DNA of 32,000 nt from Planctopirus limnophila DSM 3776 (GTDB lineage: Bacteria; Planctomycetota; Planctomycetia; Planctomycetales; Planctomycetaceae). The stretch's first letter is position 1. Every line of letters begins with the position of its first letter. Shown in pieces: positions 25,234 through 32,000 of this stretch. The position numbers and the translations under genes were made by a program. The stretch is taken from NCBI RefSeq assembly GCF_000092105.1, contig NC_014148.1, positions 1,050,001-1,082,000 on the forward strand, written 5' to 3'. The notes under the pieces are model-generated. The model ran no database searches, was not told where the DNA came from, and was given only the letters and a program-made list of their open reading frames with translations.

Positions 25234-27624
25234 ATGGTCTTGCCTGACTGGCTGAAAGAACTGGGCATCTGGTACTTCCTGGGGGAATCACCGGCTGCAC
25301 AGCCCGGCAAAGCCAACAGCGCCGAGATGAGCCTCGTTTATCAAGACCCCTGGAGTTGGATTTTTGGATCGAGTCAGACAACGCTGTTTGGCTGGCTGGC
25401 GCTAGTGGTTGTGGGGGGCTTCTTTTGCCTGCGTTTCTGGAGTCGGTTGGCACCACTTTCGACAGCCAAAAAGAGCTTTCTCGTGGGCGTACGGGTGGCC
25501 TCGCTGCTGTTGATCATCGGGCTGCTGTGCCTGCCGGCCCTGGAAATTCGTGAAGTCGGGCTCCCACTGTTACCTGTGCTGATTGATACCTCCGGCAGCA
25601 TGTCGATTGCCGATGTTCCGGTGAACGAAAAGACTTCTGCGGATCGTGCTGACGTTGAAAAGCATTCCCGACTGGCTGCGATTCGCGAGGCACTGACGCG
25701 TGATGATTCACAATGGCTGCGGCGACTTCAGAAGCGATTTGATCTCAGGCTGTATCAATTCTCTCATGAAGCAACACCCATCGAATGGCCACCCACTCCC
25801 TCACAGGGATTCACTCTTGAAGCCACCGGGCTGACTTCCCGGATTGGCCCCAGTGTGCAGCAGGTGATGGACGAACTGCGAGGGAGCCCGCTCGCGGGTG
25901 TCGTGGTGCTGACCGATGGTGTCCCCAATCCGTCGTCGGCAGAGGCACTCTCTGTGGTCGGCAGTCTGCTGGCATCACGTTCGATTCCTGTTTTCCCCGT
26001 CGCGGTGGGGAGTGATCGCGAAGTTGCAGATCTCGAACTGGTCGAATTGAACTCGGACGACGTCGCCTTTCAGAATGATCCACTCATCGTGGCGGCTCAA
26101 GTTAAAGGACGCGGGATTCTCCCACAGACTGTGAAAGTCACATTGAAGGACGGTGCCTCAGGGAAGGTGCTTGAGACACGCGATCTGTTTCTTAACGGAA
26201 GTAAAAAGTTAGAAACGGTCGAGTTCTCCTGGATTCCTGAATCGCCGGGCGAGTTTTCACTGGTGGCGGAAGTGGCGCCACTGGCTGATGAACCTGATCA
26301 GGAAAACAATCGCCAGACGCGTAAGGTCAAAGTTCGAGGAGATAAGCTGCGTGTCTTACTTGTCGAATCGACGCCGCGCTACGAGTTTCGATTTCTGAAA
26401 CAGTTTCTCGAGCGGGAACCTTCTGTCGAACTGCAGACACTTCTCCAGGAAGCGGATCTCGAATATGCAAAAGAGGATCGCACCGCGATACGGAACTTCC
26501 CGATTCGACGGGAAGATTTTGCGGCACTCGATGTCCTGATTCTCGGCGATATTGATCCCCGGCTGCTGAGCCCATCGAGCCTGGAGTTGATTGATGACTT
26601 CGTTCGCAATCAGGGGGGCGGGTTGATTGTGATCGCTGGGGAATTGAATAACCCTTCCAAGTGGAGTGGTTCGTTACTCGAAAAACTGCTGCCATTCCGA
26701 GTCAGTGATGCCCAACTCCCCGAGCGTGCGGAGACTCCCTTCCAGCCACTATTAACATTCGAAGCGACGCGTGGCTCGCGATTGTTTCGATTCGCGCAGT
26801 CTCCAGCCGAGAATCAGTCGATCTGGAATGAGTTAGCTCCGTGGTTCTGGAATCTGCAGATCAGTGCCCTTAAACCCGGGGCTGCGGTGCTGGTTGAACG
26901 TCAAGATCGCGGCCAGCGAACAGCTAATCCACTGATCATTTTGCAGCGTGTGGGAGTCGGGAAAGTTCTGTTTCTGGCGACAGATGAAACCTGGCGCTGG
27001 CGATTCCGCCAGGGTGACCACATTTTTGGCAAGTTCTGGGTTCAGGCGATTCGGTTTATGAGTCGCCGGCAGAACGATGACGAAGAACCTGTTCGCTTTT
27101 TGGCAGATCGTGCGACCTATGAAATTGGCCAGAAAGTTCACCTGACTCTCGAAGTAAATGATGAACGGGCCTTACCACAGGGAACCGAAAAACTCATCGC
27201 TCAGGTCGAATCTGCCGAGGGACAACGAGAAACCATTGAACTCCGAAGGACAGGACAATCCGCGGCTGTTTTCGAAGCGGACTGGACTCCCATTCGTGAG
27301 GGGCCGTATCGCCTGCAGATGGTCGATGACAAATTGCTGGCCAAGCTGCCGCTACTCTCGATTCTGGTCACAGCGCCGCAGAAAGAACTTCTGGCGACAG
27401 CCGCCAATACGGCGGATCTGAAGCTGGCGGCAGAAGCGACTCGTGGCCAGTATCTGCCGATCGATCGAATCGAGGAACTTCCCGAGCTGTTGCCTCGCAG
27501 CCAGTTGTTGCCAGTGGCGACGATTGAATCGGTAAGAATCTGGAATCGCTGGGAGTTATTGATTCTGCTGGGAAGCTTGATCTGTCTGGAATGGGGGCTG
27601 CGCAGGCGCTGGCAGACGCTATAA
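25234..27624 (+). CDS. BatA/BatB-like membrane protein: N-terminal double TM, vWA-like domain, GATase1-like (DUF1355-type) domain, C-terminal TM anchor
   Basis: TM helices LFGWLALVVVGGFFCL and VASLLLIIGLLCLPAL. LPVLIDTSGSM (DxSxS). LRVLLVES..FDVLILGDID..GGGLIVIAGE is typical of the GATase1-like module. The C-terminal helix is WELLILLGSLICLEWGL. An alternative start is the ATG at 25327. Confidence 0.85.
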   Translation: MVLPDWLKELGIWYFLGESPAAQPGKANSAEMSLVYQDPWSWIFGSSQTTLFGWLALVVVGGFFCLRFWSRLAPLSTAKKSFLVGVRVASLLLIIGLLCLPALEIREVGLPLLPVLIDTSGSMSIADVPVNEKTSADRADVEKHSRLAAIREALTRDDSQWLRRLQKRFDLRLYQFSHEATPIEWPPTPSQGFTLEATGLTSRIGPSVQQVMDELRGSPLAGVVVLTDGVPNPSSAEALSVVGSLLASRSIPVFPVAVGSDREVADLELVELNSDDVAFQNDPLIVAAQVKGRGILPQTVKVTLKDGASGKVLETRDLFLNGSKKLETVEFSWIPESPGEFSLVAEVAPLADEPDQENNRQTRKVKVRGDKLRVLLVESTPRYEFRFLKQFLEREPSVELQTLLQEADLEYAKEDRTAIRNFPIRREDFAALDVLILGDIDPRLLSPSSLELIDDFVRNQGGGLIVIAGELNNPSKWSGSLLEKLLPFRVSDAQLPERAETPFQPLLTFEATRGSRLFRFAQSPAENQSIWNELAPWFWNLQISALKPGAAVLVERQDRGQRTANPLIILQRVGVGKVLFLATDETWRWRFRQGDHIFGKFWVQAIRFMSRRQNDDEEPVRFLADRATYEIGQKVHLTLEVNDERALPQGTEKLIAQVESAEGQRETIELRRTGQSAAVFEADWTPIREGPYRLQMVDDKLLAKLPLLSILVTAPQKELLATAANTADLKLAAEATRGQYLPIDRIEELPELLPRSQLLPVATIESVRIWNRWELLILLGSLICLEWGLRRRWQTL

Positions 27625-27686
27625 TCGACTGTTGCTCCAGAAGCGTGAGCGACCGATTTCCCACGGATGGATGGGAGCGATGAGGT

Positions 27687-30600
27687 GTGTTGATGGCCGG
27701 CCAATCACGAAATGCGGGATGGTCTGGCGAACTTTCGGGGACAGAGCGCTCTCGAAGATCCGCTCCGGCCACATTCGGAAAATCCTCTGCGCAAAAGATT
27801 CTCGAAACGTTCGCAGATCTGCAGCGATTCATTACCTGGCATCGAGCGATTCAGGGGTTTTGTCTGCTGATCATCTGGTGGAGCCTGGTGACTCTGGTCG
27901 GGGGAATGTTTGACTACTGGCTGCGTCCAGCCGACTGGCCATCTCGATCGTTATGGCTGATCGTCTTTCTGGGAGTGGGAAGCTATGGGATTCGAACGCT
28001 CTGGCGAAGTTCATCACTTCAAACCCTGAGTGCTGTCGGGCTGGGGCTACAACTGGAGCGGAAGCAACCACAACTGGTCGATCGACTGGCCAGTGGAGTC
28101 GAATTTTCATCGCGAGCTTTTGATCGGGATGCCGGTTCGGTGGCCTTGCAGAAATACGCGATCGATCTGGCTGCCAGCAAACTTCCCCGCAAGCCTGCCG
28201 AACTCGTCGTCAATTCTGGCCACACTTTACGTCTGGCAGTCATGGCGGTGACGTTCCTGACTGTGCTGGGTGGTTTCGCCATGACGCGCCCGGTATTGGC
28301 ACGCACGGCTCTGGCTCGCCTGTATACGCCCTGGCTGGCGGTCAACTGGCCGGAAAATGTCCACCTGCAGATTCTTTCGGCGAAAGATGGTCTTCCGACA
28401 TCACTCTCGCACAAGCTCATGGATCCGGTGCCGTTTTCCCACCTGACGAGTGCAGAGCAGATTGAATCTGCTCCCTCCAGTGAAGAAGTTCCGCTTGATC
28501 ACCGGCTGGGGAGCACTCTGGATGTTCTGGTCTATAACCGCCGCGGAAAGCTACCCGACAATTTACAGCTTGAGACCACCACGTCAGAGCCAGTGGATGC
28601 GCAGTCAATTCAAAATGTGACGCCGATGATTCCTGCCGGTGTGGCACTCGAGATTCCCGATCCTCGCCCACTCGAAAGATTTCTGCCCAAGCAGATTTCA
28701 CCCGTAGAAGTCAAAAACGGTGTGTTGAACCGCTTCACGGAGATGGCACTTTTTCAGTTGCCGGTCACTCAGAACCGCATGTGGTTTCGTGTTGCCGGTG
28801 GAGATCATGCGACAGCGTGGCGGCTGATTCGAGGGATTGAACCCGTTCGTCTGGAGCGATTTCAGATTCGTTTAGAACCACCCACGTATTTGCAGCAAAC
28901 TCATGTGACACTTCCTGAGAATGTGGGGAGCTTTGAGGCTCCTGTGGGTTCGAGAGTTTTTTTCGAGGGAACAACTTCACGCCAGACCACATCGGCCCGC
29001 TTGCGATTCGGCGATGGAAAATCCTTAAAGCTGCGGCTTTTGCCCAAGACACAGGAAGTTCAAGGCGTCTTCGCACTTACGCAGCCTGGAAATGGTTCAT
29101 GGACGATCGAGCTATCTGATGCCACCGGCATTCAAGAGATCGATCCCACTCGATTCCCTTTTCGAGTGATTGCCGACCAGGCCCCCATCGTCACGCTTGA
29201 AGCGCCGGAAACCGATCTGACAGTCACCATGCAGGCGATGATCCCTTTAAGGGCTCGTGCGCGTGATGATCACAGCCTGGCACTGACTGGATTTGCCTAT
29301 CGCTGGAATGGAACAGCTCAGTGGGAAACGCTGGCCTCATGGCCTGTGAGCTTCGACAATCAGGGAGCTGAGCTTGCTTCAGCAGAAAGACAATCTCAGT
29401 TCGAAACCACTCTCGATCTTGCCAAGTTGACTGTTCCAGAATCTTCCCCAAGGGAAATGAAAATCTCGGTCATGGCGTTTGCTCGAGACCGCTTTCATCT
29501 GGGAACTGCGCCCGAAGATGCCGATGGAGACGAACTCGGTCATGAAGGCCGCAGCACGATTCGCTGGATTACGATTCTGACCCCAGCGGAAAAGCAGAAT
29601 GAACTCGCTGAGCGTGTATTGAGTCAGATCGAAGCTCTCAGGAGAGTTCGCGAGCGACTGGAAAAAGGTCGGCAGACTGCCACCGAATGGGCCACAACTC
29701 AGCGGCGGCTCCAGGAGGAAAAGTCGAATGTTCCTCCCGACGCCACACTTCAGGAATTGGGGCGACAACTGACGCAAGCCAACGAACAGGCCCGCCAGCA
29801 GGTGGAAGCGAATATTATTCCCGAGTTCGAGCGAATCCGTCGGGAAGGGATGGAAAATCAGGTCATCGATGAAACGCAAGCGAGAGAATGGCAAGCGGTA
29901 AAAGAGGAACTCCGGGAACTGACGACTGGCCCACTGACCGATTTAGCAGAGCTTTCCTCGAAAGCCTCACAACCCATTTCTCAAAAGGAAACGACCCCTG
30001 CGAAAGATGATTCTGATCCATCCCAGGCTGACCCGTCTCAGACGCTGGCTGAGGCTCTCCGTCAGAACCAGGAAGCGGCCATCGAGACGACCAGCGCTCT
30101 GATTTCTCGATTGAGTCAGTGGGAGGGGAAGCGGGGATTGCAGCGGGAACTTGATGAACTGCAAAAGCAGCAAGCCGCTCTGCAGAAGGAATCGGCTGAG
30201 CTTGCGACAGAAACGATTGCCCGTGGTGAAATGGAGTTGAGCAGCCAACAGAAAAGCCAGTTACTCACGTTGAAAGATCGTCAACGGGCCTTGGCAGGAC
30301 GTGTGGAACAATGGCGAAAAACGCTTGGTCAACTGCAAGCGGGAACTCGATCAGCCAAAGCAGAGATGGACCTTGAAGATCGCCAGAGCCTGAAGAGTTC
30401 TCAACAGATTTTCGATCAGGCCGCACTCCAGGAGCTGGCTCTGGATGCGGCTGAACATCTGGCTGAAAACCAGCTGGGAAAGGCCGCGGAAAAACAGACT
30501 CAGCTACTCAATGGCATGGAGAAACTTCGTCAGGAATTTCTGAATCGACCGCCTGCAGCCGATGAGTTATTGCTGGGGAAAATCGAAAATCTCGAACGGG

Positions 30601-31721
30601 ATGTTCAGGAAGAACTCCTCAAAACATTGAGCCAGCCCGACCAGAACAGTACCGATGAAGAACAACTGCAAAAACGGACGCGTGATGAGGAACTCTCTGC
30701 CAGAGCCGGCAAGCTGGGTTTGAGACGAGCCGCTGCGACACTCGAACAAGCGGCGGAGGTGACATCACCTCGCGACAGAAAAAGTTCTGATGCTTCTCGC
30801 AAAGACGAGGAGCCAGACGAACTGTCCCCCGAGGAACTGACACTCCGGCGCCAGCGGGAAGAGCAGCGGCGGGAACTGATGGAACAGGCCACTCGGGAAA
30901 TTGCTCAAGAACGCCGCCTGTTGCAGGAAAAGCTGCTTGCCGAGAAGATTTCGAAAGTCGTGGATCAGCTTCAATCGTTGCTGGAGCGTGTGCAGGGACA
31001 AGATGCAGAAATTCAGCGATTGGCTCAGATTGGTGGAACGGCGGGCCAATTCAGCAGATCACAATTGAAGACGTTAATTGGTGTGGCAGAAGCCACAACA
31101 TCGATTCGTGATGAGTTAGGTGCGATTGCGGAGAACGTGGCACCGGCAGAAATTTTGTCGTGGAGCATTCGTCAAACTTCTGAGCTGGCAGGTCATGTCG
31201 CTCGCGATTTGCGGGAACGACAGGTTGAGCCAGCAGCCCGGGAGCGCAGCCAGCAGTTGATCAAACGACTCACGGCCATCGTGCAGGTGCTCCGTGAATC
31301 GTCCTCAAGCCAGTCACAGACCGGGTCTGGTGGCGGTCGTTCCACCGAGAATGGGCCCGCAAATCAGGAAGGTAGCGGCCCACCCGGTGAAGCGATATCC
31401 AAGCTGGTGCAACTGCGGCTCATTCGCGACTTGCAGCAGGATCTCATGGCGCGAACCAAAGAGTTTGAGGCGGACGGTGCTCAGGGAACAACAGACGTTC
31501 AACGAGAACAACTCGCCCGGGAACAGGCGGAACTTCGTGAGCTGCTTTCGAACCTGCTGGATCAACTTTCTTCGCAGGCTTCAAGTCGTCCCAGCGAGAA
31601 TCGTCCCAGCGAGAAGCCACTTTCGGAACAGCCGGCACCGAGTCCTCCGCTCAAAGACTCAACAGACAGGCCAATCGATCGTCCATTCAATGGGCCTGCA
31701 GACGAAGGGAGTCAGCCATGA
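27687..31721 (+). CDS. giant (1344-aa) membrane-anchored protein: N-terminal TM helices, beta-rich middle, ~650-aa charged coiled-coil C-terminal half (DUF4175-like architecture)
   Basis: TM helices FCLLIIWWSLVTLVGGMF, LWLIVFLGVGSYGI and LAVMAVTFLTVLGGFAM. From about nt 29580 there is E/Q/R/L-rich heptad-like sequence, then a Ser/Pro-rich tail. GTG at 27687, ATG at 27693. The stop overlaps the next start (ATGA). Confidence 0.85.
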   Translation: MLMAGQSRNAGWSGELSGTERSRRSAPATFGKSSAQKILETFADLQRFITWHRAIQGFCLLIIWWSLVTLVGGMFDYWLRPADWPSRSLWLIVFLGVGSYGIRTLWRSSSLQTLSAVGLGLQLERKQPQLVDRLASGVEFSSRAFDRDAGSVALQKYAIDLAASKLPRKPAELVVNSGHTLRLAVMAVTFLTVLGGFAMTRPVLARTALARLYTPWLAVNWPENVHLQILSAKDGLPTSLSHKLMDPVPFSHLTSAEQIESAPSSEEVPLDHRLGSTLDVLVYNRRGKLPDNLQLETTTSEPVDAQSIQNVTPMIPAGVALEIPDPRPLERFLPKQISPVEVKNGVLNRFTEMALFQLPVTQNRMWFRVAGGDHATAWRLIRGIEPVRLERFQIRLEPPTYLQQTHVTLPENVGSFEAPVGSRVFFEGTTSRQTTSARLRFGDGKSLKLRLLPKTQEVQGVFALTQPGNGSWTIELSDATGIQEIDPTRFPFRVIADQAPIVTLEAPETDLTVTMQAMIPLRARARDDHSLALTGFAYRWNGTAQWETLASWPVSFDNQGAELASAERQSQFETTLDLAKLTVPESSPREMKISVMAFARDRFHLGTAPEDADGDELGHEGRSTIRWITILTPAEKQNELAERVLSQIEALRRVRERLEKGRQTATEWATTQRRLQEEKSNVPPDATLQELGRQLTQANEQARQQVEANIIPEFERIRREGMENQVIDETQAREWQAVKEELRELTTGPLTDLAELSSKASQPISQKETTPAKDDSDPSQADPSQTLAEALRQNQEAAIETTSALISRLSQWEGKRGLQRELDELQKQQAALQKESAELATETIARGEMELSSQQKSQLLTLKDRQRALAGRVEQWRKTLGQLQAGTRSAKAEMDLEDRQSLKSSQQIFDQAALQELALDAAEHLAENQLGKAAEKQTQLLNGMEKLRQEFLNRPPAADELLLGKIENLERDVQEELLKTLSQPDQNSTDEEQLQKRTRDEELSARAGKLGLRRAAATLEQAAEVTSPRDRKSSDASRKDEEPDELSPEELTLRRQREEQRRELMEQATREIAQERRLLQEKLLAEKISKVVDQLQSLLERVQGQDAEIQRLAQIGGTAGQFSRSQLKTLIGVAEATTSIRDELGAIAENVAPAEILSWSIRQTSELAGHVARDLRERQVEPAARERSQQLIKRLTAIVQVLRESSSSQSQTGSGGGRSTENGPANQEGSGPPGEAISKLVQLRLIRDLQQDLMARTKEFEADGAQGTTDVQREQLAREQAELRELLSNLLDQLSSQASSRPSENRPSEKPLSEQPAPSPPLKDSTDRPIDRPFNGPADEGSQP

Positions 31722-32000
31722 AACCATTCCGGAATTCTGTTCTAAGGAAGACGATGGCAAGTTGGCTGCTACCTGGCTGCATGCTGCTTTCGGTAGGGAA
31801 TGCCGTATTAGCGGGTCAATCGGAACCTGACGGAGGACTCTCTCCAGATGCGAACCGGCCGGTTGCAACCCCGCCTGACCAGCCGGTGAAATCATCTGCA
31901 ACCGGCCTGTCACCGCAGCAACTTTCGGCGGAACTTCTCAAGCAGATCGATCAATCGGAGGCGGCACTGCGATCTGCAAAACCAGTTCGCCCCGGAGCCA
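31718..32000 (+). CDS. partial CDS (5' end), secreted protein, translationally coupled to the giant protein gene
   Basis: My translation: MKPFRNSVLRKTMASWLLPGCMLLSVGNAVLAGQSEPDGGLSPDANRPVATPPDQPVKSS... It is open to the window end and is not in the ORF track because no stop is reached. The N-terminus is signal-peptide-like. Confidence 0.6.
   Translation, partial: MKPFRNSVLRKTMASWLLPGCMLLSVGNAVLAGQSEPDGGLSPDANRPVATPPDQPVKSSATGLSPQQLSAELLKQIDQSEAALRSAKPVRPGA

Noticed and set aside
1-32000. Search for CRISPR arrays, rRNA/tRNA genes, transposases, integrases and known defence-system signatures
   Set aside because: No regularly spaced repeats, no rRNA- or tRNA-like sequence and no recombinase or nuclease motifs were recognised by eye. 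The absence cannot be proven without tools.

Overview
The gene content suggests a chromosomal segment from a Planctomycetota-like bacterium. This is an inference from DUF58/BatA-type vWA membrane proteins, a Ser/Thr kinase, a sulfotransferase and a giant coiled-coil envelope protein; no database search was possible. Flanking genes are about 53-60 % GC by hand count. Most of the window is ordinary core genome. Recognisable genes are tsaE, plsY, lysS, a DegT-family aminotransferase, a parvulin PPIase, a DinB-family protein, a VOC protein, a YkgJ Cys-cluster protein, a GGQ release-factor-like protein and a PuuD-like amidotransferase. There are two separate DUF58/vWA envelope clusters (3.6-5.3 kb with 8.5-12.2 kb, and 25.2 kb to the window end). 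No MoxR ATPase gene is visible. The one clearly accessory stretch is a 2.2-kb low-GC islet (13.66-15.82 kb). It lies between the 3' ends of an outer-membrane beta-barrel gene and plsY and is bracketed by 27-nt imperfect direct repeats. It carries two orphan ORFs: a 4-TM protein with a ~280-aa soluble core, and a small acidic protein. This is my best candidate for an undescribed system, but any function is speculative. A second notable item is a promoter-to-terminator bracketed, hairpin-rich ~250-nt non-coding unit upstream of the PPIase gene. All family calls rest on motifs read by eye, and start codons are often ambiguous.
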